A DNA stretch of 62,803 nucleotides, the filler included, from Gonapodya sp. JEL0774 (lineage: Eukaryota): assembly GCA_027604505.1 (NCBI GenBank). It is 21 parts of 21 records of this genome, joined end to end, with 100 filler letters (N's around TTAATTAATTAA, not from the genome) between each part and the next. Parts side by side here need not be neighbours in the genome. Positions count along the whole stretch, not along the records: positions 47,998 to 50,881 come from JADIIX010001606.1; positions 50,982 to 53,864 come from JADIIX010001607.1; positions 53,965 to 56,846 come from JADIIX010001608.1; positions 56,947 to 59,825 come from JADIIX010001609.1; positions 59,926 to 62,803 come from JADIIX010001610.1; 16 more parts are not named here. One strand, written 5' to 3'. Shown piece after piece: positions 48,565-62,803 of the stretch. The translations under genes were made by a program, and so were the position numbers. The notes beneath the pieces are model-generated. The model saw only the letters and a list, made by a program, of their open reading frames with translations, was not told the origin of the DNA and did no database searches. Numbering within the stretch: the stretch's first letter is position 1; each line of letters opens with the position of its first letter.

Positions 48565-50881
48565 TTAGGACAAATCCATGGGCACAACACCCGGCTTCAC
48601 TGTTTCCACCTCCGAAAGAGCCTTTGGCCGCCTACGTGCGGCTTTCCAATCGGCGATTTCTTGTTTTAGATCTGTCACTATGTAGTCAGATATCCAGCAA
48701 GTTGGTCAGAGAATACAATCGGTCCTGGGTAATGCCAATTCAAGAAAGGGCGCTCACGTGGGATGAGATCCTCGTATTTGAGAGGCTGACGGTTAAACGG
48801 ATCATGAGGATCGTTCAGCAAGTGCGCGCGAATGGTGCTACGATCAACGACAGCTTTGCTGGACGGGAGCTGGACGGGGTCTTCCATGAGAGTGTAGAGC
48901 ACTGAATCTGGTTATGATAGGAACAAAAGGGATGACTTTCACGCCTCAATGTTAAGCGTGCGTGCAACAACCAAGAAAACTCGCCCCGATATTCGTCCGG
49001 GTAGTCGCCGATGTCCTCTTCGTCTTCTTCTCCGGCGATGACGGCAGCATCAACTTTCCTTACGAACGTATCCAGTGGTGCAACATCATCCTAATGACTC
49101 AAAAGGTTATACACGAAGGTGCTAATGTGAGGGGAGAACAGCAATCGTGGACTCACGGGATTAAGGAGCCGTGTTTTGACCACAAGTATGTCTTTTGCTC
49201 GATCGAAGAATACTCGTTTATAGTTTCGAGTATCCTGTGCGACGGCAGTGACAAACTCATCACGTCGACTCAGATTCATGAAAATTTGAACGATCTCTTT
49301 CAAGAGATTCTTAGGGTTGAACGAAAATCGTTCAGGATCACGGACCTGTTCAGTTGAGCGAGAAGGAAGTCCGCGATGAACTTGGGAATCAACCCAAAAG
49401 CGGCGGCGAGCAGTACCTTGAGGTCCATGCACTTCGGACCTACTAGTGTCGCCAAATTGTGGTCGAGCATCAACGCCATTCGACCGACAAGCTCGGGAGC
49501 CGAGAATGCAGCCGCAATATTAGGGTCGCTGGTCATATACATGAACATATGAACAGTTTCGTTTGCAAGGGACATGTATGAGGAGGCTTGCCGCTCGGCG
49601 GAGCTCAAAATCTCCAAGCGCTCTTTTCGGTAATCCTGAAGACAGGAAAAGGAAAGGGAGACCGTGCGTTCGGTGTACGACCACAAACAAGTTGACTCTG
49701 CTCGATTCCGGTCGCACCTCTGTTTGGCTTCCCCACGTGCTGGCGTCGGCCATCTCTTGTTGCACCGTTCGGATCTCCACGAGCTTCGAGATTCCTTCAT
49801 CCAGAAGGAATGTGACGTCGTTGACGAGCATGTTGACGAATCGCACGAATCCACCCAGTTCGCGATTTCGAGAGAGCGCAACCAACCGCGAGCGGTGATT
49901 CGGATCGTTCCAAACGTTTCGAAGAATAGCCGAGATGTTGTAGCGAATGTTGAACTTATCGTAAAATTGGGTGTGTGCGCCGGTTTGCTCCACGTCTAGT
50001 GACAACGGTCAATTGTCAATATCACGGGAAATATGCCCACCATCTGTATTGGAGCACCAACCGACATAGAACCTTGTGAGAGCTCCCACAAGGTGTTCCC
50101 GACACATTCGATGGTTGGCGAACACATCGTCTAATCGGCCCACTGGCCTTCCATCAGGAGTGCGGTACATCGGCTGAGTGAAGTGGAAGAGCTAAAACGG
50201 TCGCATAGATCAGATACACTCAAAGAACAACACCGAGCTACACCATGAACTCACAACGTCTACAAGCTTAGCCTTCAGATACGGGTTCCTGACCCACGCA
50301 GGGTTTAACAGCAGTAACATGCAAAGCGTTACAATCTCGTCCCGAGGGAAGTTCTCGAAAATAGGAAGAGAGTTTCGACAAACAAATACATAGAACTCGC
50401 ACACATCGTCCACGAGCCACTCTGACAAGTGAAGAAAGTGAGAAAACATGCGAACGACACAATCACACCACCACGAACCTGGGAGGCACCTCCAAACAGC
50501 TGGTGGGTCCGGCAGTTGTGAAAGATCCACCTCCCCAGTTGATGTTCGAACCACGAGAACCTCTCCACGAGCAACGAGTCGCCAGTCCACGCTGGCAGGA
50601 GTCACTCCAAGGCCCACAAGGGCCGTTCGGAGCAAATGCACGATCGAGAACGAGAGTAGACGCAGGTGTATGAGCAAGAATGATGGATCCAGAAGGGCGG
50701 ATTGCATCGCAAGCCGATCTGCAATGTACTTGTCATATAATGTCTACAATCGTTAGAACGTTTGTGAGAGTGGCAGCTTATATTACTTCGATTTTGAAAC
50801 ACTTACCGCCAAGCGTCGCAGCATCACTTCATTTGACAACCTCTCTCTCTCGGACCACCCCGCACGTCCCCTACGAAGTCC
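48565..50881 (-). CDS. UFD2: U-box ubiquitin conjugation factor E4 (Ufd2), multi-exon, 5'-partial
   Basis: RNPYLKAKLV, QFYDKFNIRYNI, FVNMLVNDVTFLLDE, LVGPKC, and the U-box TLMEDPVQLPSS..DRSTIRAHLLNDPHDPFNRQPL. Confidence 0.95.
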
Positions 50882-50981
50882 NNNNNNNNNNNNNNNNNNN
50901 NNNNNNNNNNNNNNNNNNNNNNNNNTTAATTAATTAANNNNNNNNNNNNNNNNNNNNNNNNNNNNNNNNNNNNNNNNNNNN

Positions 50982-52115
50982 GACGGGACACAGCACGGCG
51001 GCGGACATTGTCGCGATCGGAACCGCGATTCAAAAATGTGGGTGACTGGGGGTCGGACTCTCTCCCGCTCAACACCACGCAACCAGCTCACGGCTCACGG
51101 CTCACGGCTCACCGCCTCACCCCGCGACCTACAGACTTCGACGCAGGATGGCATGGCAAGGCGGAGCTCGTCGAGGACGTGTTCCATCCCGTGTCAGAAC
51201 TCTACGGCCTCGATCGCCACAAGAACGTCGTGTCGGTCATGTCCAGACAGAAGTTTTTCGACGTGTTGAGGGGACCCAGTCCGGAATCGGAAGGTGTAAA
51301 GAGGTTCGGTGAGCAGCGGGTAGTGGGGCTTTCATTGAATATCCGTCATCTGACTCTCGGGACTCGGCACGCCTTCCGCTGCCAGATTCGATCCTCAACA
51401 TCGACTTCAGCGGTCCTGAAACAGCTCTTGCCACTGTGTGAGTCTTGATTCTTGAATTTGGAGTCCCAACATGTGACAATCGATATATGTATTCTCCGTC
51501 TGGATCCACTCCACTCAAGTCGCTGTCAACACGAGCCCTACTATTGGACCGACTACTTGATCCTGCTCAAGACGGACCAAGGGTGGCGAGTGCGTACATG
51601 TCCTTTGATCCCAAACTTTCAGTTGCGAATTGCGATCAACCCCTTTTCATCCTCAACCCCAATCCCCATCCCAGGTCGTCTCCAAAACCTACAAGACCGA
51701 AGACACATTCTCGCCTGCCGTGCAACACGACCCCTCCTCCCACGACCTCGCCGACATCACGCGCCTCCTGCAGACCTACTTTGACGCCGTGTACACCTCG
51801 GACGCCACCGCACTCGCCAAAGTCTTCCACCCATGTTCGTCCCTGCGCACACTCGACGCCTCGGGCAATGTGACCAACCTGGTCCGGGACGATTGGCTCG
51901 CGGCCGTGGCGAAACGCTCGCCCAGTGCGTCGGAGCAGGGTCTGCCAAGGGCCGACAAGGTGCTCTTTGTCCAGCAGTCCAACGCGCACACGGCGGTGGC
52001 AAAGGTCAATTGTCAGCTTGTGCCGCGGTATTTCACAGACTACTTGACCATGATCAAGGATGCGGAGGGGTGGAGGATCGTGAGCAAGGTGTACAGGACG
52101 GAGGTGAAGGAGTAG
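50982..52115 (+). CDS. Protein with two tandem NTF2-like (Lumazine_bd_2-type) domains, 5'-partial
   Basis: Two copies of FD..(VFHP)..(TAxA)..Y(W/F)TDYL.(L/M).K...GWR.VSK.Y; the first copy is spliced and the second is uninterrupted. Confidence 0.8.
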
Positions 52116-52666
52116 GAATATACGTATCGGATCGGAGTCTGCTACAAAAGGATGTGGTTGCGTGAAGGGATGAGAATCTTGGCTAAGTGAAGGGCGTGTG
52201 GTAGTTAAGCGAATCTCGCAGTTGGGAATTGAGATATGTGTCTGCCTGTTTATTCAAAATTACGACGCAGATCACTGTGTCTTGCAATGTCTCGCGGCCC
52301 CCGCCCCCAATTCAGCCCAGTGTGCAATGAGCGCTGAGACTAGAAGCAAACAAACGTTCAAATGTTGATGTTGCACGGAGCTGGGTGCCCGAGCCACCTA
52401 CTGTGGGCCGCTTGCCCTGAGTTCTGACAATGTCGTTTATCTTGGATCATTCGCTTCAGCCGTTGCTGACTGAATTAACATGTCCGCAGATGTATTCTGG
52501 GAGAGATTACACAGGATCACGTGTCCACGATCCAAATAGATAGAGACCGTCCATCAAGTGCAGACCACATGCGGCTCTCTGTGATGAACGGTCAATGGTC
52601 TATTGGAGCTCATCAGATCTTGTGGACTCATTCAACCTGGTGATCCCCAACAGCACAGTGTTGTAC

Positions 52667-53864
52667 TTAGACTCCATATGTTTTTCTCCACTGTTCTATG
52701 GTATCTAATGTCACTTCTGATCCACCACATACTATCACAACTACTTTACTCCCTGGCTCCAATCCGCTGACCACATCTCTGAGCTGTACTCCCTCACCAT
52801 ACACTGCAGCAAGGCCTGCTGCACATGCTGGCCCTACAAGCATCCTGTGATCACCTGCAAACCTCACCAGTGCTGCAACTACATCACGGTCAGAGACCAG
52901 GACAGGATAAACTCCACCTGGGTGGGCAAGAGATCGATCTAGGGTGGTAGAGCAGACAGTGAGTGCACCAAGAGTGGTGGCAATTGAGGTGATAGAGGGT
53001 AGAGTGACAGGGTGGCCAGCAGAGACAGCAGCATGGAAGCAGTTTGCCCCTTGGGTTTCAACAGTCTTAGTGGCACAGTACCAAAAAGCAACTCAGTGTA
53101 CCAATCGCATAGCAGATTGAGTCATTCAGAATTTTTAGTCACTCACCACAACTGGTACATCATCCCAACCCCTCCTCTTCAGTCCCTCCACTACACCTGC
53201 TAAGAGGCCACCACCACCAACAACAGTCACAAGTGCATCTGGTTTGAAATCAAGCTCATCAATAATTGATGAGTGACCTGTCCAAAGAATGGGGTTATCA
53301 AAGGGCTGCACAAAGATGGCATGAGGGTCTGATGCAAGGAGGGAGAGTGCATGTGCATTCGCTTCACTGCAGGACGTGGAAATCAAGCATTAGAAATCAA
53401 CCTGTCAAATTGATGGTGAAGAGGAGGGGGTACTCACTCCCAAACCTTGCCCTGCACAATGACTTCTGCACCCTCATCTTTCAGCTGGTCAATGACTGCA
53501 GGACGTGTGGATGATGGCACGACAACAGTGACTTTGAGTCCAAGCTGACGGCCAGCTTACAACCAACCACGCGCGCTGAGTCAGACGGATTCCTCGATGG
53601 TGTGCATTTCAAATCCCATGTACGTCTCACCCCAAGCCGCTGCGAGGCCAGCATTCCCTCCTGACGATGATATCGCACGAGTTGCAGTGCCGGCCTGAAC
53701 GGCCCTCTGCATCAACAGGCCTATTCCCCGAACCTACAAATCGAGCGTGGAAGTTGTGAGCTGTTGTCGCCGTATGATTCTGGTTCGTCTTGGCAAGTTG
53801 CGATCGGCCCGCTCAGTACCTTGAACGAGCCCGATGGCTGGATATTATCCAGTTTCAGCCAAAC
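52667..53864 (-). CDS. PLP-dependent L-serine/threonine dehydratase (Cha1/SDS-like), spliced, 5'-partial
   Basis: QPSGSFK|VRG, SSSGGNAG, PFDNP.LW.GH, VGGGGLL, TSIATTLG and VIVCGGS; the frame is intact when spliced. Confidence 0.92.
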
Positions 53865-53964
53865 NNNNNNNNNNNNNNNNNNNNNNNNNNNNNNNNNNNN
53901 NNNNNNNNTTAATTAATTAANNNNNNNNNNNNNNNNNNNNNNNNNNNNNNNNNNNNNNNNNNNN

Positions 53965-55896
<1,932 letters not shown>

Positions 55897-56466
55897 TGTG
55901 GGATTGAATGTGTGTGGGGGTGAATGGAATGTAACAATGGGGAGATGGGAAAGGTTCAGGTGGACACAGCTGCGCCACAGAACCACTCCATGCACAATGC
56001 ACCGGCCATGTCAGGGCCTTATCATCGCAATCAGCTATATTCGCCAACGTGCGATTAATTTGACGATTGCGGTGACCGTGGCGCGTATCGGTCAATTTAC
56101 TGGTACATCACCGTCCGACTACATTTGAGGAATCCCCCGGGACTGCTGTACTTGTCTTCCGTTAATATGCACATACTACCTACTAGCCTATAATCGCGGG
56201 TCCGGAAACGGCGCTCAATAACATAAAACTCAACGATGAAAGCCTTGGTTCGTGTGAATATTCACTCGCGTCGGCCACATATTGAAAGGGACAGGACCGC
56301 GTTACTTTGGGTCGAATGCATTCGGGAACGTTGATGCACGCGCAAACCAGAGGCTCAAGGGTCCACATCATGTTCCCCGTCTGCATAGGTTTTACAAATA
56401 AGTGCATTCCCACCAATCCCACCCCCCACATATTACCACCCCGACATCATCATGACCCTTCTATGT

Positions 56467-56846
56467 TTACTCCTCAGCCTCCTCGTCACGGGCAATGTTG
56501 AAGTAGCGGAGCTGGTAGGTGGTCTTGGAGGTGGAGATGACACGGACGTAGTCGCGGAGGGATTGTTTCTTGAGGAACTTTCTGCAGGTTGTGTAAATTG
56601 GTAAGAACAGAAACAGTCAGCAAAACAGGTTTTTGGGCGGTAGGTAGACAGACACGAGCTCTCTCGTCTGCCGAGCTGAGATACACGACGACTGCGACCA
56701 ACGTACTTGGTGAGGTACTTGAGGTACCGCTTGGCAAAAGTGACCTTGGAGTCGGCGGTCACGGTGACGGTGTTACCGTCGGTCTTGGTCACGGAAATGG
56801 CGTCGCCGAGGTTGTTGGTGCGGTTGCCGACCTTGATGCGGTCGAG
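56467..56846 (-). CDS. RPL22: 60S ribosomal protein eL22, last two exons
   Basis: RIKVGNRTNNLG...FAKRYLKYLTK|KFLKKQSLRDYVRV...YQLRYFNI. Confidence 0.95.
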
Positions 56847-57589
56847 NNNNNNNNNNNNNNNNNNNNNNNNNNNNNNNNNNNNNNNNNNNNTTAATTAATT
56901 AANNNNNNNNNNNNNNNNNNNNNNNNNNNNNNNNNNNNNNNNNNNNTGATTCCAGGGAGCAGGATCACTCACAAGTGTCTGAATGTACCTATATAGTGTG
57001 TCCTTTGGATGTCGACATTCAGCCTTAACAGTGAAGTCAATATGTCTGCAAACAAACACATACAATAGAACATAGCACAGTTTTTGTTGTGTTAGTAGGA
57101 GCCTGATGTGCCTTCAATTCCAGATTGGTGATCTCAACACTCAGCAAGGGCCCTCAATAATTTGAACTCAGCACCTCAGCAATCTTATTTCAATATCAAA
57201 AGTAGAATTGCAGATGGAAGTATATTGTCCCTAAAACAAAGAAAGAATGATGCCTAAGTTTTCAGTGTGTGTGGCCCTTTTATGCCCACACATGTGCGGC
57301 CCAATTTATCTTACAACCCTATAGTCACACCACTCCTCTTCATGTGACAATAGAAACACTTTGGATATGTCATATTTTGTATTTATAGAACGTGTAAAGA
57401 TAATTAAAAAATTAAAAATATGTGTAATCAACAATGGGTTTTTGCTTGGTTACCCAACTCAGAGGTGGCTGCGCCCTGACTCATGTCTTTGCTTGGACTG
57501 AGTTGGCACCTAAGCAGTCACATAAAACCACAGCCAATTTGCAGTTCTCATCACCCATTCTAAAATTCTTCTTAGAATTATTCTTAACA

Positions 57590-59825
57590 ATGGCTGAACC
57601 TTTCCAGATTGAACATGACATTCCCATGGATGATTATCACCCAGGTATGTTCACCTTCTGAGCAACCACCCTTCACCAATTTCTAACAGCTTTTCCACTT
57701 CTGTTTCTTGTAATACACCCTCTGCCATCTCTCAAACTTGGTTTGGTCCAACTGTTGGGCTCTAGGTGAGTGTCAATGTCTTTGGGTTAGACTACACACC
57801 TTGGCCTGGCAGACACTGAGCATCTTTTATAACATCCTACATCCATCTCTTATCTTCCCCCACCAACCACATATCTCCTTTCTGGTCTCCAATCATGCAT
57901 CTTGTATTTCTGTTCTAAGGTATGTTGGTCATAGGTACATTCTTGCAAGCACAATACTATAGCCAACCCTCAAAATTTGTTTCTGCAGGTGCTCAACTCA
58001 GAGTACCTAGGGTTCTTCCACTTGTCTACAGGGGTCAAGATGAACCACAGCCCAAGTCCATCCATGTTGTGCCCATTGACCCTTACGAGGACCATCCTTT
58101 GACTGAAGTCCAAGATGTTGATCGCCGGTTCTTCACCTTAAAGCTCACTGACAGAAACTGGGAGAATTGGGCATTTGACACCATCTCCAAGGGTTCTAGT
58201 GTAAGTACTGACATAGATTTAGTTTTCTGGTCCTGATGCTTGAATCTAATATATTTTATCCCTTAACTCGGTTGCTTAGGTGACACTCTGCAACTGGTGG
58301 TCAGACGGCCGAGACCTCGAAAAGTACACTGGCTGGGTCCAGCTCACCATGCACAACATACGTCTGAATGTTCCTCCTGTCAACAAGGACGGTATCCCTG
58401 TCAAGAAGCTCCTTCAGTCCATTCTTTACTTGAGGTTCAGGATTCTGGTTGCTTTGAACAACCATCCATTTGCTTTCATCCAAGGTCGCCAAGTTATCTA
58501 CCTCCCAGATCTTTTCAATGCCATAGCCGCATGTGGTATAGAGCAGGTAAGCTTGTCATATTCAGTTGTTTTGTGCAATACATTAAGTCTGATCTCAGAA
58601 CACTTAATTAACTTACAGGTGAGGATCCAGGAGTGGGGCTCCAAGCAATCTGCAGATATCTCTTGGCTGCCAGAGTTCCGGGATGAGAGGTACTGGGTGG
58701 ATGGTATTCTGGATCTCGGGGTGCTAGTGGAAGGGTCAACTCCTAGTGAGTAGAGCTGTTTATCTCCTCTTTGCAAGTTTCAAGTTAGTCACTGAATACA
58801 AACATTCCTTTGCAAAAGCCATGCTCACTCTATTTAAGGCTGGTCCTGCCCTTCATCCTGCCTTTCGTCGCTACTGGTCTCCTCTTCATGGTGCTGTTGG
58901 CCAAGGATACGGTGGTGGAGAGTTTGATTTCCTCCTCAATGGCAAGAAGGTCACATGTGATGCGTACAATGGGGACCAGATGCACGCAATCAAGTCCTTC
59001 AGTTGGGGTGGGAGTCACAATCCATTTAATCAAGGGAAAACACGTCTTGGTGAGTGCTCAACTCATTCTGTAGTTTCATTACTTTCATTACTCAAGTCCT
59101 GATTGGCATGTCTTCATTCTCATGTCCTAACAACCCAAGCCAAACACAATGCTGTCACTGCTCATCTCGCCCTGCAAGAGAAGATGGACGACCAGTACGA
59201 GGACCACATGCTGGGTACATCGAGACTGGAGTTCACATTCAAGAAATCAGATGGGTGGCGGTGAGTCTCATGTGCTCAGTTGTATCCTGGAGAACACTTT
59301 CAATATGTTCACTGTATTGTTTCTTTGTTGTCTTACACCAGGAGCCCAAGGGACTGCCTTGAGGCTCTGGCTGGTCTCGATATTCGACGTGATCTCTTTG
59401 GCAACAACTTTATTTTCACCATCGAAGTCTCGGTTGAGTCCATTCGTCGTCAGACACAACAGCTTGTCCTTGCTGCTTACACCACCTGGAAGATGGGAAC
59501 TACTGGCCCTCTTCGTCCAAGACCAGGAGAGCTCCCAAGTGACCTTGAGAGGACCATTGTAGCAGACATCTGCAACTCTGTTGGACACAACGGCGGCCGT
59601 GGCTTTGTCTACAAGAAGAGTGATCTTGGCCATACCATCACTAGGAGAGCAGATGGTGTGTACTGGTATGAGGAAGCAGCCCAGCAGTTAGCAGCACAAC
59701 TGCAGAGGGATAGGGTTGAGTTGATACGTGGATATGCAATTGGGGAGGATCTGCGTCACTGTGTTCTACACCAAGGGTAAGTTCGGTGTCCCACCCATAC
59801 GCATATTACCTTCAACCTGACTTTT
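57590..59825 (+). CDS. Uncharacterised multi-exon gene in a CpG-poor, AT-richer contig
   Basis: A chain of + strand open segments is joined by good GTAAG/GTGAG..CAG/TAG introns; no family recognised. Confidence 0.5.
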
Positions 59826-60077
59826 NNNNNNNNNNNNNNNNNNNNNNNNNNNNNNNNNNNNNNNNNNNNTTAATTAATTAANNNNNNNNNNNNNNNNNNN
59901 NNNNNNNNNNNNNNNNNNNNNNNNNGGAGCGGGGAAGGAGATTTGGCGGTCACGGACATGATTCAAAGTGAAGACGATCGGGACATTTCATCCACTTGCA
60001 ACCCCCTAGTGCAAGGGGGACGAAAATCCGGAACTCGAAAATAGTATACAATACATAATCTTACGCAGCACTTATTC

Positions 60078-61996
60078 CTAGGCTCTGCCAGTCTCCAAAG
60101 CCTTGACAAATTCTTCCTCGGTGAACTCCAATAGCTTCGCCGCCTCAAGATGCACCTACAAATCACACACTGAATCCGGACTCTCTCACGCGATACAAAT
60201 TCTCACTATTCAACCCACTTTCTGCTTCTTGAGGACATCCACCAGCTGTGCCTGCTTGCGGAACGCCTGGAGCACTTCGCCGCGTTGTTTTTCGAGCCGT
60301 TTGACGTCACCCAAGAGCTTCTCGGTGGATCGACGAGAGATTTCGAGTTTCTCCTGTGTGTAGAAAGCATATCAAAACAGTAAGCTTCCTCGAATACGTG
60401 TGCGAGCAAGGCAACAGCGACCTTGGCATCCGCCGTGGCCCTGGTTGCAATCGCCTTGTATTTCTCAACCTCCTCGAGCGCGCGGCTGAGCCTGCCCAAA
60501 CGATAGAAGGTGCGGAATATACTTTTTCTCGATCAGCGAACCCAGTTAAATCATTCAACTGACCTTGCATCCTTGGCAGCACCTTCTCCGTGAGACTGCT
60601 TTTGGCTTTTCTTGGCCAGATCGAGGTCCTAGAAGGTTGCCCAAGAAGAAGATGATCCTCCTCATCCGCGCACCATAGAGCGAGAAAGATTACATACCTT
60701 TCGGACAGACCGCGCCTCGGCCTCCGCGGCATCGCATCGTCGCTTCAATTCTTCCGTAGCAGCTTTCTGCTTCTCTAATTGCGTCTTTCGGGATGATAAC
60801 GAAAGAGAAATGGAAGACAACGTCCCTTTCGTGTGGAAGTAGACAGAACTGCAAGAGAAGGGAGATAACTACAAACCTGAAGGCCTTGTACCTGACCACC
60901 CAAATTTGCCCGATCTTCAACCAATATTTTTGCTGATTCTTCCATTGCTGAGATGGCTTTGCTCTATTAAGGCGCGTTGGTGGTGTAAAAGGTGATTCTC
61001 AAGTCACGCTGCACGCTGCTTCGTATCGCATTGCGAATTACCTTCAAGTGGTTTTCCGACACAATTTTTTCGAGTTCCTTCTGAAGAACTTGCACCTTGG
61101 CTTTCAAGAACCGAATGGTGGCATCTGTGAGAGGAGAGATCGTCTCTGATCATGCCTGGATTCCCCACTTCGGGAAACTGATGGAGAGGGGCTCACCAGA
61201 GCCGAGGTTCGCGTCTGCCGTAAAATCAGTGTTGTCAATGCTTAAGTTATTTATGACGTTGTCGCTTTGTTTGAGATTTGTTTGGCGGGAGGGGATCTCA
61301 GAAGTAGACGGTTTGCCGCGGGATCTAACACTGTCGCAGCTGTCGGTTCACGTACCAAGTTAAGATTTTTACCTGTATCGAGGTAAGATGTGAAGCAGTA
61401 CCCACGTGGATTTTGCGGTGCTTTCCGCCAAGCGACGTTGCTTCGTCTTCCACTCTCCTCCCCCCTCGCTCTGAGCAGTTAGTTTAGCCTGCCGTCTGCG
61501 AATGGCTACGAAAATTCATTACCTCCGCCGTTGCCTTCTCAGAACTATGTTTGGCCTTGAGTATTGCAGAACAAGGTCGGATTCCGGTCAATGGCCGGGA
61601 ACCTTTCCTGTTCTGCGAGTTCAGACTGGTAGACTGGATTTGGCTGATAATCGCGTGCACACTCACACAGCCTCCGGAGTTTCAGTGATCTCGTCAATTT
61701 CATTAGTGCCGGGTGCAGGTCTTTCCAGGGTCTCGCGTGTTCCTTTCTGACAATGGGATGTACGTGGGTCAATGCCAAGGCCGAACCGACCCAAGCCTTT
61801 TCTTACCACTGCACTTTCTGCTGCTTTTAAAGTTTCCTTCGTTTTCCGCTCGAATTCCTTGTTGATGCGTCTGAAATGAAAGTGAAACGTGTAAAGGAGT
61901 ATTGATCTGAGTCGTGACCCCTCTGCCATCAGACTCTTAAGCCGTTTGCGACGCTCACAATAGCTCCCTCTCTCTTGCAAGAAGCTCTTGGCTCAT
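60078..61996 (-). CDS. TEX9: TEX9-like coiled-coil protein, multi-exon (start may lie further upstream, near 62250)
   Basis: DATIRFLKAKVQVLQKELE, RLSRALEEVEKYK and KRLEKQRGEVLQAFRKQAQLVDVLKKQK|VHLEAAKLLEFTEEEFVKALE match the conserved TEX9 blocks. Confidence 0.85.
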
Positions 61997-62803
61997 CCCG
62001 AAAACTTTGCCGTCTGATGTGTTAAGGGTTGGTGATTTATACAAGCGTCCAGTAATCGAGCTCCGCGGCGAAAAACGCAGAACCTGAGCTCCTTTCTTCT
62101 GTGTCAGATTTCATTATCGCTTTTCCTTTCGAGTCTTCATCGGTTGCCTGTGGGTTCCGGGTGTCCGGAGGTTTGGGTGAGTCTTGTGCAACTAAATGAT
62201 TGGGCGACAATCTCACGTCACTGTCCTCGTCCTCACTATCTAAGCCCATGGAGGACACGAACGATGAGCTATCAAGGCACTCAGCATGTTGGGTCCTGGA
62301 TAGCATTTGCGTAGTGTTGGTGTTGGTTCGAGTTTCGAAAGTTGCGCCGGCGCAACAACCGCTCGAAGCGCACTCGACATAAACATGGTATCACATGACC
62401 TCACAATGAAAGAGCTCCTGGACAGCTTTGAGGACCCTAATGAAGTGCCACGCTCTGTTCTCCGAAGTGAAGATGAGACGCCTTCTCAGTCTCAGACGCT
62501 TTGCAACGTTCAACCAGTCACAGAGATGAAACTTGCCGAGAAGCTTCGCAATCACGACAGTTCCCACATCTGTGACCGGAAAAGAAATGGCGATGAAGCA
62601 CGGACAGCGGGACTAGAGTGGATTGTATTGGCGCTCGCTTCGGTTGCGGTGGCATTGTGGGCGGCACTGGCGGGGAGACAGTGAGCTGTCATCAGCGCGG
62701 AAGCTGTTGTAATGGACCGTTTCTCTGACGGCGTACAATAGGTCCGTAGGTGTCGAAGTTACAACCAACAACACAAGCGCAGTCGACTACCGGCTGATGG
62801 GAC

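Overview
This window is not one locus. It is 21 unrelated short contigs (2916 to 2878 bp, sorted by decreasing length) joined by artificial 100-nt spacers (44 N + TTAATTAATTAA + 44 N), so gene adjacency across spacers has no biological meaning. The DNA is eukaryotic and intron-rich. It most likely comes from an early-diverging, flagellated (zoosporic) fungus, inferred from fungal-type housekeeping genes, a TEX9 homologue and fungal copia primer-binding sites. Recognisable genes, mostly partial: F-box protein, DHR1 helicase, oleate hydratase, FCP1, MFS permease, rhomboid, double HMG-box protein, PP1, SDH5, sepiapterin-reductase-like SDR, COG2, PUF6, VID27-like, glutaredoxin, UFD2, tandem NTF2-like protein, serine dehydratase, enolase, RPL22 and TEX9. 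Mobile DNA comprises an APE-type LINE and several degenerate Ty1/copia elements. The most notable observations are: (1) a LINE whose 5' junction is a (TTAGGG)3 telomeric tract and whose ORF1 and ORF2 overlap as ATGA, resembling SART-type telomere elements; (2) a nest of four copia elements with LTRs of about 64, 133 and 276 bp; (3) a sharply bounded CpG-depleted domain covering an intact host gene; (4) a 6-nt micro-exon and a GC-AG intron in an oleate hydratase. All family assignments come from motif recognition by eye; no database searches were run.
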